Shown here one piece after another: positions 1 through 8,550 of a stretch of 64,000 nt of DNA. A program made the position numbers and the translations under genes. The stretch comes from an uncultured Acidobacteriota bacterium. Lineage in GTDB: Bacteria; Acidobacteriota; Thermoanaerobaculia; Multivoradales; SZUA-115. Location: positions 448,001-512,000 of the forward strand of contig CAWDVR010000001.1 of assembly GCA_963805975.1 (NCBI GenBank), written 5' to 3'. A model generated the notes under the pieces. The model worked only from the letters and a program-made list of their open reading frames with translations. It searched no databases and had not been told where the DNA came from. Every line of letters starts with the position of its first letter. Position 1 is the first letter of the stretch.

Positions 1-1160
1 TTGCCCACGATGTGCGGCGTTCCCGTGCTGGTGAGGCGGTACTCGACGAGGCCCTGGCTCGCTGTCGGGTTGGTCTGGAGATAGCGCGCCACGGCGCCGG
101 AGACCACCGGGGCCGCGGCCGAGGTGTAGGAGAAGAGAACCGTGCCGGTGGGGAAGATGTGCGAGGCGGTGGTGAGCTCCCAGCCCGGCGCGTAGAGGTC
201 CACCTCGCCACCGAAGCAGGTCCCGCCCACGCGTTGGTCCGTGCCGCCGCGCAGAGTGGCGCCGACCACGATCGGGTTGGCGCGCAGGGCCGGCGAGCTC
301 TGCACGTAGCCGTACGAATCGCAGGCGCCACCGTTGCCCGCGCTGTTGACCACGATCACGCCCGCTTGCTTGGCACCCTTGACCGCAGCGTCCAGGCTGC
401 TGTCGATGCTGCAAGGCGTGCTGGTCGCGCCGCAGGGGCGGTTGAGGCTGAGGTTGAGCACCGCCGGCTTGATGTGCAGCGCGGCCACCCACTCGACCGC
501 GGCTACCGTATCCGCGGAGTCGGAGCTGCCGGTGCAGTCGAAGACCTTGAGCACGTGGAGAGTAACCTGCTTGGCAACGCCGTAGTTGGTGCCGCCGAGG
601 ATGCCCGCGACCGCGGTGCCGTGGCCGTAGCAGTCCACCCCGAAGCCGGCGTCCTGCACGTAGTCCCTGTCCATCACGACGCGGCCGGTGAACTCGGTGT
701 GGTTCGGGTTGATGCCGGAGTCGACGATGTAGGCGTGCACTCCCAGGCCGGTGGTGTTGTAGGAGTAGAGGCTGTCGAGCGGATGGAACCTCTGGTCGAT
801 GCGGTCGAGCGCCCAGTTGGCGGGGTTGATCTGTACGGTCGAAGCCTGGATGCGGCCGTTCTCCTCGACGAAGGCGACGCGCGGGTCGAGGCTCAGGGCC
901 AGCGCCTCCTTTTCGGAAAGCCGGGCCGCGAAGCCCTGGAGAGCGTGCTCGTAGTAGTGCTTCACCTCGCCGCCGTGCCGGCGGACGAGCGTGTCGGCGC
1001 TCGCCCGCGCGGACCTTGGGGCGACATCCTTGAGCACCACGATGTACTCGTCGGCGATCGGCTCGTGGCTGCGCCGGATCGTGCCGGGTTCGGCGCTGGC
1101 GGCGCCGGCCGCCAGCAAGGTGAGGAGGGCTGCGGGGAGAATCGGGCAGGTCGCTCTCAT
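1..1160 (-). CDS. Secreted S8 subtilisin-like serine protease (proteinase K/aqualysin type) with I9 propeptide; 3' end runs off the window
   Basis: Manual translation from ATG 1160 (absent from the ORF track): signal MRATCPILPAALLTLLAAGAASA, I9-like EYIVVLK...GFAARLS, NWALDRIDQR, catalytic YIVDSG, HGTAVAG, SAGN, SYTSAAAPVVSG. Confidence 0.92.
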   Translation of the reverse strand, partial: MRATCPILPAALLTLLAAGAASAEPGTIRRSHEPIADEYIVVLKDVAPRSARASADTLVRRHGGEVKHYYEHALQGFAARLSEKEALALSLDPRVAFVEENGRIQASTVQINPANWALDRIDQRFHPLDSLYSYNTTGLGVHAYIVDSGINPNHTEFTGRVVMDRDYVQDAGFGVDCYGHGTAVAGILGGTNYGVAKQVTLHVLKVFDCTGSSDSADTVAAVEWVAALHIKPAVLNLSLNRPCGATSTPCSIDSSLDAAVKGAKQAGVIVVNSAGNGGACDSYGYVQSSPALRANPIVVGATLRGGTDQRVGGTCFGGEVDLYAPGWELTTASHIFPTGTVLFSYTSAAAPVVSGAVARYLQTNPTASQGLVEYRLTSTGTPHIVG

Positions 1161-1191
1161 AGTGGGCTCCTTGGGTCGGTCCAGAGGGAGC

Positions 1192-1217
1192 TACGAAGGT
1201 TCGCGGTTGATGTTGCA
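1192..1217 (-). promoter_or_regulatory. Candidate ECF-sigma promoter TGCAAC-N16-CGTA upstream of the S8 protease
   Basis: Motif read directly; resembles the SigW-type TGAAAC-N16-CGTA layout. Confidence 0.35.
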
Positions 1218-1267
1218 CCGGCATAAGTGCCTGGTCCTCCGGTTCACCCCTGCGCCATACTTCCCGC

Positions 1268-3670
1268 GTGCAGCTCGGCGTCCCAGGGAACCCGGACCTC
1301 CGCCTCTTCCTCCGCCTCTGGCTCGCTTCCTGCGGCCTGGCGCTCGGCCTCCTCTGGGCCCTCGACCGCCTCTTTCCTCCCCCGCTCGCCACGTTGTCGC
1401 GCCCGCCCGCCCGCGCCATCCTCGCTGCCGATGGCGAGCCTCTGCGCTTCCTGCTGCCGGCAGACGAGAAGTGGCGCCTGCCGGTGACCTTGGACGAGGT
1501 GCCGGAGGATTTTCTCGCCGCCTTCGTCGCTTCCGAGGACCGGCGCTTCTACGACCATGCCGGGGTCGATCCGGTGGCCGTGGCCCGCGCCGCGTGGACC
1601 AACCTGCGGGCCGGCCGGGTGGTCTCCGGCGCCTCGACGATCCCCATGCAGCTCGCCCGCATGGCCAGGCCGGGACCGCGCACCCTGGGATCGAAGCTCA
1701 CGGAGGCCCTCCGCGCCCTCCAGCTCTCGCGCCGCCTCGACAAGCGGCGGATGCTCGAGATCTACTTGAACGTCGCGCCCTACGGCAGCAACCTCGAAGG
1801 CATCGGCGCCGCCTCGTGGTTCTACTTCGGCAAGCGGCCGGCGCAGCTCTCGCTGGGCGAGGCGGCGCTCTTGGTGGCCCTGCCGCGTTCGCCCAACGGC
1901 TACGACCCGCTTCGGAAACCGCAGGCGGCGCGCCGGGCGCGGGACCGCGTGCTCGCGGAGCTCGGCCTCCGCGGCGTCTTTCCCCGCCAGCGGGTGGAGG
2001 AGGCGCGGCTCCAGCCCCTGCCCACCGCGCGGCGTGCGGCACCGTTCGCGGCCCCGCACGCGAGCCTGCTCGCGGTGGAGCGCTTTCCCGGCCGGGCCCG
2101 GCTGCGGACGACGATCGACCGTGGCATGCAGGCGGTCGGCGAGCGGGCGCTCTCGGCACGCGTCGCCGAGCTGCGCAGCCTGGGAATCGGCAATGCGGCG
2201 GCCGTGGTGCTCGAGACCGAGAGCCGCGCGCTCCGTGCCCTGGTGGGCTCCGCGAGCTTTTTCGAGGAGCGGTTCTCCGGTCAGGTCAACGGCGCCACGG
2301 CCCGCCGCTCGCCCGGCTCGACGCTCAAGCCCTTTCTCTATGCGCTGGCCTACGACCAGGGCCGCATCGTGCCCGACTCCTTTCTGCTCGACGTGCCCAC
2401 GGACTTTGCCGGCTACGTAGCCGAGAACTACGACGGCACCTACCGCGGGCGGGTGACGGCGCGCTCGGCCCTGGTCACCTCGCTCAACGCGCCGGCCGTG
2501 CGGCTGCTCTCCGACGTCGGTGTGCCCAGCTTCCTGGGCGCGCTCCGCAAGGGCGGCCTCGCGACCCTCGGCCGGCCGGCCGAGCACTATGGCTTGCCGC
2601 TGGTGCTCGGCGCCGGCGAGGTCACGCTCCTCGACCTCGTGAACCTCTACGCCACGCTGGCCGAGGGAGGGGCCCACCGGCCGGTGCGGCTCCTCGAGCC
2701 GGAGGCCGGGGAGGGAGAGGCGGCGGAGGCAACCCGGAGCGGCGAGCCCCCCCATGGCGAGGCGCTATTCTCGCGCCGTGCCGCCGAGCTGGTGACGCGC
2801 ACCCTGGTGTCGCTCGAGAGACCGGACCTGCCGAGCTCCTGGGACCTGACCCGCGGCACGCCCGCCGTGGCGTGGAAGACCGGCACCTCCTACGGGCACC
2901 GTGACGCCTGGGCGATCGGCTTCTCCGGCCGCTATGCCATCGGCGTCTGGGTCGGGAACTTCGACGGCCGGCCGGTGCTCGGCATCTCCGGCTCCGAGCA
3001 CGCCGGGCCGCTGCTTTTCGACCTCTTCCGGGCCCTGGAAGGCGGCAACGCGGGCGGTGGCTCGAGGCCGGCGCTCCTCGTCTCACCGGTGCACGAGGAT
3101 CTGCTCGAGGTCTGCGCGGCGAGCCACCAGCTTCCCGGCCCCGCCTGCCCGGCGCGGGTCCGTGTGCCGTACCTGCCGGGATCGACCCGCCTGCCGGCCT
3201 GCACCATGCACCGCCGCGTGTTCCTCGATCGCGAGACCGGCGAGATCCTCGCCGGCGCCTGCCTCGGGAGTCGGCCCCACGAGTCTCGGGTGCTCGCCGT
3301 CGAGCCGCCCGAGCTGGTCGCCTTCTGGCGCGCCCAGGGCCGGGTGGTCGAGCCGCTCCCGGCGCTGGCCGAGGCTTGCGGCGGCGCGCCCCGCGCCGCG
3401 GCCGGCGCGGAAGGACCGCGCATCGTCTCGCCCGACGGCGCCACGCCCTACCGCCTGCGCCGGGACGCACCCCTGGACTTCCAGCGCATTGCCTTGATCG
3501 CCCGCTCCGGGCCCTATGCCCGCACCCTCTACTGGTACGAGGATGGCGAGCTGGTGGCGAGCGGCGCGCCCGGTGGGAGCCTGTTCATGGCGCCGCGGCG
3601 GGGCAGCCACGAGCTGGTGGTGGTGGACGACACCGGCCGCTCGGACGCGGTGCGCTACCGGGTGGAGTAG
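1268..3670 (+). CDS. pbpC: Penicillin-binding protein 1C (transglycosylase + transpeptidase + C-terminal domain)
   Basis: EDRRFYDH, GASTIPMQLAR, SPGSTLKP (SxxK), SLN, WKTGTSYGHRDAW and a PBP1C-type Cys-containing C-terminus. Confidence 0.93.
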   Translation: MQLGVPGNPDLRLFLRLWLASCGLALGLLWALDRLFPPPLATLSRPPARAILAADGEPLRFLLPADEKWRLPVTLDEVPEDFLAAFVASEDRRFYDHAGVDPVAVARAAWTNLRAGRVVSGASTIPMQLARMARPGPRTLGSKLTEALRALQLSRRLDKRRMLEIYLNVAPYGSNLEGIGAASWFYFGKRPAQLSLGEAALLVALPRSPNGYDPLRKPQAARRARDRVLAELGLRGVFPRQRVEEARLQPLPTARRAAPFAAPHASLLAVERFPGRARLRTTIDRGMQAVGERALSARVAELRSLGIGNAAAVVLETESRALRALVGSASFFEERFSGQVNGATARRSPGSTLKPFLYALAYDQGRIVPDSFLLDVPTDFAGYVAENYDGTYRGRVTARSALVTSLNAPAVRLLSDVGVPSFLGALRKGGLATLGRPAEHYGLPLVLGAGEVTLLDLVNLYATLAEGGAHRPVRLLEPEAGEGEAAEATRSGEPPHGEALFSRRAAELVTRTLVSLERPDLPSSWDLTRGTPAVAWKTGTSYGHRDAWAIGFSGRYAIGVWVGNFDGRPVLGISGSEHAGPLLFDLFRALEGGNAGGGSRPALLVSPVHEDLLEVCAASHQLPGPACPARVRVPYLPGSTRLPACTMHRRVFLDRETGEILAGACLGSRPHESRVLAVEPPELVAFWRAQGRVVEPLPALAEACGGAPRAAAGAEGPRIVSPDGATPYRLRRDAPLDFQRIALIARSGPYARTLYWYEDGELVASGAPGGSLFMAPRRGSHELVVVDDTGRSDAVRYRVE

Positions 3671-3677
3671 GAGCGGT

Positions 3678-3703
3678 TGTAACGCTGCTCGTCGATATGC
3701 GAC
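3678..3703 (+). promoter_or_regulatory. Candidate ECF-sigma promoter TGTAAC-N16-CGAC
   Basis: Matches the SigX-type layout, about 70 nt upstream of ATG 3774. Confidence 0.4.
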
Positions 3704-3773
3704 AGTAGCCTGCGGAACCGCGGGGCGGGCCCTCGGGCACGCCGCGCTTTGCCCCCTCAGGAGGATGCACCGG

Positions 3774-4616
3774 ATGACACGCAAGAGTTCCATCGCCTTG
3801 GCGCTCGCCGCCGCGCTCGTGCTCGCCTCGCCGGCCCTGGCCGCGATCCACTACCAGGCCACCACCGAGACCAGCGGCGAAGGCCAGGGCATGAAGATGG
3901 TGGTCGAAGGCTGGGTGGACGGCGAGAAGGCCAGGGTGGAGTTCAAGGAGAGCGACAACCCGATCATGGGCAAGGGCACCTACATGCTCACCAAGGACGG
4001 CGGCCAGACCCTAATGCTCGTCAATCCCGAGGACAAGACCTACGCCAGCCTGGACCTCGACGGGCTGCTCAAGGGCGTCGGGGCGATGATGAACAGCATG
4101 GGCGGCCTGTTCAAGATGGAGGTCGCGAACCCAAAGGTCGCCCAGGTGCTCGACGAGGACGGTGGCGCGGTGGCCGGCCTGCCCACCCGGCACATCCAGT
4201 CGAAGCACAGCTACACGATGCAGATCAAGGTGCTGGGCCGCACCCAGGCGACCGAGGTCGAGGCGGTGCAGGACCTGTGGGTGACCAACGCGATCAACGA
4301 CCGCGGTCTCGGGGCCTGGCTGCGCAAGGCCCCGCCCAAGACCGGCCACGAGGCGCTCGACAAGCTGATCGCGACCGAGGCCGGCAAGATCGAGGGCTTC
4401 CCGCTCAAGACGGAGACCGTCTCCACCTCGCGCTCCGACAAGGGCAAGGCGACGACGAGCCGCACGACGATGCAGGTGACCGAGCTCGATACCGCCGCCG
4501 CGGCGCCGGCGGCCTCGGCCTTCGAGGTGCCAGCCGGCTACGAGGAGACGCAGCTCCTGCCGACGGGAGCCGGCAATCCGTTCGAGCAGATGATGCAGCA
4601 GCGGAACAAACCGTAG
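3774..4616 (+). CDS. Secreted protein, DUF4412-like
   Basis: AGGAGG 9 nt before ATG; signal peptide MTRKSSIALALAAALVLASPALA; VAGLPT...GFPLKT...FEVPAGYEE pattern. Confidence 0.75.
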   Translation: MTRKSSIALALAAALVLASPALAAIHYQATTETSGEGQGMKMVVEGWVDGEKARVEFKESDNPIMGKGTYMLTKDGGQTLMLVNPEDKTYASLDLDGLLKGVGAMMNSMGGLFKMEVANPKVAQVLDEDGGAVAGLPTRHIQSKHSYTMQIKVLGRTQATEVEAVQDLWVTNAINDRGLGAWLRKAPPKTGHEALDKLIATEAGKIEGFPLKTETVSTSRSDKGKATTSRTTMQVTELDTAAAAPAASAFEVPAGYEETQLLPTGAGNPFEQMMQQRNKP

Positions 4617-4631
4617 AGCTAGACGGCGGCA

Positions 4632-4751
4632 CCCCTCACCCTAACCCTCTCCCCGTATGCGGGGAGAGGGGACCGGAGAAAGCTCGGAACTAGAAGGGCA
4701 GCTCAGAACCCCTCGCCCCGCGAGAGCGGGGAGAGGGGCAGGGGTGAGGGG
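4632..4751. repeat. Family A (BoxC-like) palindromic repeat, inverted pair (4632-4673, 4709-4751)
   Basis: CCCCTCACCCTAACCCTCTCCCCG-tatg-CGGGGAGAGGG and its inverted copy, between convergent genes. Confidence 0.88.
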
Positions 4752-4763
4752 CACCTGCTGCGG

Positions 4764-5189
4764 CTAGACCAGCTTCGCCTCCAGCGTGATCTCCACCGCC
4801 TTCAAGGCCTGGGACACCGGGCAGCCCTCCTTGGCGCCCCGGGCCTGCTCCTGGAAGGCGGCCTCGTCGATGCCGGGCACCGTGGCCTCGGTGGTGAGCG
4901 CGATGCGGGTGATGCGGAACCCCCCCTCCTGCTTCTCCATCTGCACCTTGGCGGTGGTGGCCACGCGCTGCGGCGCATAGCCGGCCCCGCCCAGGGCCGC
5001 CGACAGGGCCATCGAGAAGCAGGCGGCGTGGGCCGCGCCGATCAGCTCTTCCGGGTTGGTGCCTTTGCCGTCCTCGAAGCGGGTGGTGAACGAGTACTGC
5101 CCTTCGAAGGCGCCGCTCCCCAGGGCAACGCGGCCGCTGCCGTCCTTCAAGCCGCCTTTCCACTCCGCGTTGGCGCTCCTTACGATCAT
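4764..5189 (-). CDS. osmC: OsmC family peroxiredoxin
   Basis: GTNPEELIGAAHAACFSMALS and KEGCPVSQAL. Confidence 0.95.
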   Translation of the reverse strand: MIVRSANAEWKGGLKDGSGRVALGSGAFEGQYSFTTRFEDGKGTNPEELIGAAHAACFSMALSAALGGAGYAPQRVATTAKVQMEKQEGGFRITRIALTTEATVPGIDEAAFQEQARGAKEGCPVSQALKAVEITLEAKLV

Positions 5190-5234
5190 CGTCGTGATCT
5201 CCCTTTCCTTGTCTGTTGAGCTTCGAGTTTAGCG

Positions 5235-5250
5235 TGGCCCGTCGCTTGCA
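5235..5250 (+). promoter_or_regulatory. Candidate sigma54 promoter TGGCCC-N5-TTGCA
   Basis: GG-N10-GC spacing, one mismatch to TGGCAC-N5-TTGC, in an intergenic region. Confidence 0.45.
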
Positions 5251-5269
5251 GCCGCCGGTTCCCGTTGCC

Positions 5270-5359
5270 GGCAGTCGGCCGATCCGGCGCGGCAGTGCAC
5301 CCGGGAGCCTGGAGCCGCAGCAGTTCAGGCATAATCAGACGCCGGATCGGCCGTATGCC
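5270..5359 (+). ncRNA. Candidate structured leader or small RNA of unknown family
   Basis: Perfect 14-bp inverted repeat 5276-5289/5340-5353 enclosing an inner GCCTGGA...TTCAGGC stem; no known family recognised. Confidence 0.3.
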
Positions 5360-5395
5360 ACCTCAATGCCAAACCCCTTTTCCAGAGGTTTCTCC

Positions 5396-5887
5396 ATGAC
5401 GAAGCGCCGCCTCGCCCCTCTCGCGCCCCTCGCTCTCCTCGCCGGCCTGCTGCCGATCTCCGGGAGCGCCTCCGACCACGTCGTGGGCAAGCTCATCGGC
5501 AAGGCGCCGGCTGCCACCGAGACCACCACCATCGCGCGGCTGCTCGCCGATCCCCAGGCTTTCGAGGGCAAGACCGTCAAGGTCGAAGGCAAGGTGCTCG
5601 ATGTCTGCCCGAAGATGGGCTGCTGGATGGAGCTCGGCGCCGCGGGTGGAACCGTGCGCATCCAAGTGGAGGATGGAGTGCTGGTCTTCCCGGTGGACGC
5701 CAAGGGCAAGCCCGCGGTGGCCGAGGGCAAGGTCGAGATCAAGGAGATGAGCCGCGAGCAGTACGTGCAATGGGCCGAGCACCTGGCCGAGGAGCGCGGT
5801 GAGGCCTTCGACGAGGCGAAGATCGGCGCGGGGCCCTACAAGCTGGTGCTGATCCACGCCACGGGCGCGGTCATCGGGGCGTCGTGA
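5396..5887 (+). CDS. Exported OB-fold protein, DUF4920-like
   Basis: Signal peptide; VKVEGKVLDVCPKMGCWMEL and ATGAVI motifs. Confidence 0.8.
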   Translation: MTKRRLAPLAPLALLAGLLPISGSASDHVVGKLIGKAPAATETTTIARLLADPQAFEGKTVKVEGKVLDVCPKMGCWMELGAAGGTVRIQVEDGVLVFPVDAKGKPAVAEGKVEIKEMSREQYVQWAEHLAEERGEAFDEAKIGAGPYKLVLIHATGAVIGAS

Positions 5888-6468
5888 ACGACCCGGTCGC
5901 CAACCAAGCCCACGCAAAGAGCCTGCTCGAGGCCAAGGCGCGCCTCGTCTCCCGCCAAGTCCTCTGCGCGGGCTCGTTCCTCACCATGACCCGCGAACGG
6001 GTCGAGCTGCCCAACGGCCGCGAGGTGGACCTCGAGCTGGTGCGCCACCCCGGCGCGGCGGCGGTGGTGCCGCTGACCGCCGAGGGCGAGGTGCTGCTGG
6101 TACGCCAGTACCGCCACGCGGCCGACGGCTGGCTGCTGGAAGTGCCGGCCGGCAAGCTCGACGCCGGGGAGACGCCCGAGGACGGGGCGCGGCGCGAGCT
6201 CGAAGAGGAGGCGGGGTTCCGCGCCGGCTCGCTCACCAAGCTGGGTGGCATTCTGCCCAGCCCCGGGTTCACGGACGAGGTGATCCACCTCTTCCTGGCC
6301 CGCGATCTTTCGCCCACCGGCCAGCGTCTCGAGGAGGACGAGCTCCTGACCGTGGAGCGGCTGCCCTTCGCCGAGGCCGTCCTTAGGGCTGCGACGGGCG
6401 AGATCCGCGACTCGAAGTCGGTTTGTGCGCTCTTGAGGGCGGCCCGGCTGTTGGATGGAAAGATCTAG
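5884..6468 (+). CDS. NUDIX hydrolase, ADP-ribose pyrophosphatase-like
   Basis: HPGAAAVV, VRQYRH, Nudix box GKLDAGETPEDGARRELEEEAG, SPGFTDE. Confidence 0.92.
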   Translation: MNDPVANQAHAKSLLEAKARLVSRQVLCAGSFLTMTRERVELPNGREVDLELVRHPGAAAVVPLTAEGEVLLVRQYRHAADGWLLEVPAGKLDAGETPEDGARRELEEEAGFRAGSLTKLGGILPSPGFTDEVIHLFLARDLSPTGQRLEEDELLTVERLPFAEAVLRAATGEIRDSKSVCALLRAARLLDGKI

Positions 6469-6525
6469 GCACGGGCCCGCGTTACTCACCTTGGCAATGA
6501 CACCGAAGCCTCTGGAGCCCGAATC

Positions 6526-7332
6526 ATGAACGAAGCGACCGATCCCCAGGACCCTTTCGCAGCACCGGCGCCCGCCGTGGCCCCCTCGGGCTCGGAGCCG
6601 GCCGCCGATCCCGGGGCCGCGGTCGCGCCCCCCCCCACGACCCCGGAACCCTCGGGCGGCAGCCGCTTCTGGCGCGAGTGGGTGCGCCCGCTGCTGGTGG
6701 TGCTGATCGTGATGGGCTCCTTCCGCTCCGCGCTCGCCGACTGGAACGACGTGCCGAGCGGCTCGATGAAGCCCACCATCGTCGAGGGCGACCGCATCTT
6801 CGTCAACAAGGCGGCCTATGACCTGCGGGTGCCCTTCACCCGCTGGCGCGTGATGCGCTGGGGCGAGCCCCGCGCCGGGGACATCGTGGTGCTCTTCTCG
6901 CCGGAGGACGACAAGCGGCTGGTCAAGCGCGTGGTGGGGGTGCCGGGCGACAAGCTCGAGATGCGCGAGGGCTACCTCTACATCAACGACAAGCCGCTGC
7001 GCTACGAGCACCTGGAGCCCGCCGACGTGGTCTCGCTCGACGAGCGGGACAAGGAGGACTACCGCTTCTGGCGCGAGCAGCTCGGCGAGCACGACCACCA
7101 GCTCATGCTGCCGCCGTGGCCCGGCGCGCGCGGCTACTTCGCGCCCATCCAGGTGCCCTCCGACCAGTACTGGGTGATGGGCGACAACCGCTCCAACAGC
7201 CGCGACTCGCGCTACTTCGGGTTCGTGGAGCGCGGCGCCATCGTCGGCCGCGCCACCCGCGTGGTGCTCTCGGTCGACAAGACCAAGAGCTACAAGCCGC
7301 GCTGGGAACGCTTCTTCCGGCCGCTAGTGTAG
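6526..7332 (+). CDS. lepB: Signal peptidase I
   Basis: PSGSMKPTI, GDRIFVNK, VKRVVGVPGD, MGDNRSNSRDSRYFG. Confidence 0.95.
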   Translation: MNEATDPQDPFAAPAPAVAPSGSEPAADPGAAVAPPPTTPEPSGGSRFWREWVRPLLVVLIVMGSFRSALADWNDVPSGSMKPTIVEGDRIFVNKAAYDLRVPFTRWRVMRWGEPRAGDIVVLFSPEDDKRLVKRVVGVPGDKLEMREGYLYINDKPLRYEHLEPADVVSLDERDKEDYRFWREQLGEHDHQLMLPPWPGARGYFAPIQVPSDQYWVMGDNRSNSRDSRYFGFVERGAIVGRATRVVLSVDKTKSYKPRWERFFRPLV

Positions 7333-7364
7333 GCGCCAAGCAGGGGCCGCCCGCCCGGCCGCCC

Positions 7365-7787
7365 CTACACCTTCACACGGCGGCAGCGCACCGCCTGGTC
7401 GCTCCACGCCTTGGGCCGCGAGGCCGCGCCGGCGGCGCCCGGCTCGCCGGGCCGGCAGTCGATCCGGAGCTCGTCGGCCGTGACCTCAGCCAGGCAGTAG
7501 AGGGCCTGGCCGGCCAGCGGCCCGGCGCCGAAGTCCGTGAGGTCGAGGTGGTGGGGCGTGGGCGTGCGGTCGAGCTTGTAGCGCACGTCGAAGGTCTGGC
7601 TCTTGCCCTGGTACTCGATGATCCAGTGGGCCTTGCCGCCGCGCTCGAAGACGAAGGTCTGTGTGCCCTGCTCGGAGTCGATGCCCTCCCACCGACCCAG
7701 GAGCGGTCCGGGCCCGCTGCAGCCGGCACCGAGCCCCAGGGCGAGAAGACCGAGAGCTGAGGGCAGGAGTCGGCGTAAGCTGGGCAT
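7365..7787 (-). CDS. Hypothetical lipoprotein (beta-rich)
   Basis: Lipobox-like GLGAGC after a hydrophobic segment; LLGRWEG; YKLDRTPTPHHLDL; start approximate. Confidence 0.6.
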   Translation of the reverse strand: MPSLRRLLPSALGLLALGLGAGCSGPGPLLGRWEGIDSEQGTQTFVFERGGKAHWIIEYQGKSQTFDVRYKLDRTPTPHHLDLTDFGAGPLAGQALYCLAEVTADELRIDCRPGEPGAAGAASRPKAWSDQAVRCRRVKV

Positions 7788-7866
7788 GGCGGGAAAGAGG
7801 TGCGCGGGCTCGCGCATCCTACTCTCCGGGCGGCGGCCCGCCAACCACCTCTCTATACTTTCACCC

Positions 7867-8550
7867 ATGGCGCGGCACGTCTCCGACAGTTGGAGCAGCT
7901 ACCTCGGGCCCGGCGCCCTGGCCTCGTTCACCGCGGCCTCGGTCGCCGCGGTCGGCGGGCTCGGCCTGCCCATCGCCTGGCGCCTGCGCCAGGTGCTCAC
8001 CCTGGCGAGGAGGGACGAGCGGGAAGCGGCCGATGTCATCCTGGTGCTCGGCCGCACGCTGGTCGACGATCAGCCGGCGCCGGTGTTCCTCGCCCGGCTG
8101 GATCACGCCGCGGCGCTCTACCACCTCGGCCGCGCGCCCCGCATCGTGGTCGCCGGCGGGCTGACCGGCCGCTCCACCCGTACCGAGGCGGCGGCTGGCT
8201 GCGAGCGGCTGCTGGCGCTGGGGGTCCCGGCCGCAGCCGTGCTCGCCGAGGACGAGAGTCGTCACACGCTCGAGAATCTGTTCAATACCCGCGGGACGCT
8301 CCACCGCGAGGGCTGGACCCGCCTGATCCTGGTCAGCGACCCGCTGCACCTCGCGCGTGCGGCGGCCTACGCCCGTGGTCTGGGCTTGAGCTTCCAGGTG
8401 AGCCCGGCCGCCGCCTCCCCTCCCTACCGGGGCAGCGCCCGATGGTACCTGCGCGCGCTGCGCGAGGCGGCGCTCCTCCACTGGTACCACGTGGGCGTGC
8501 TCTACAGCCGGACGATCCGCTCGGAGAGGATGCTGTCGCGCGTCACCTGA
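7867..8550 (+). CDS. YdcF/DUF218 family protein
   Basis: DVILVLG, ARLDHAAALY, EDESRHTLEN, LVSDPLHLARA; TATACT 7 nt before ATG. Confidence 0.88.
   Translation: MARHVSDSWSSYLGPGALASFTAASVAAVGGLGLPIAWRLRQVLTLARRDEREAADVILVLGRTLVDDQPAPVFLARLDHAAALYHLGRAPRIVVAGGLTGRSTRTEAAAGCERLLALGVPAAAVLAEDESRHTLENLFNTRGTLHREGWTRLILVSDPLHLARAAAYARGLGLSFQVSPAAASPPYRGSARWYLRALREAALLHWYHVGVLYSRTIRSERMLSRVT

Noticed and set aside
12-1226. 404-aa plus-strand ORF, and many similar long ORFs (e.g. 19636-22026, 25335-27461, 30981-33596, 54822-57311)
   Set aside because: Antisense or off-frame shadows of recognisable genes, caused by high-GC codon bias; no motifs of their own
4632-4751. Repeat pairs as a CRISPR array or as IS ends
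   Set aside because: Only inverted dimers, no regular direct repeat-spacer array, no cas or transposase gene
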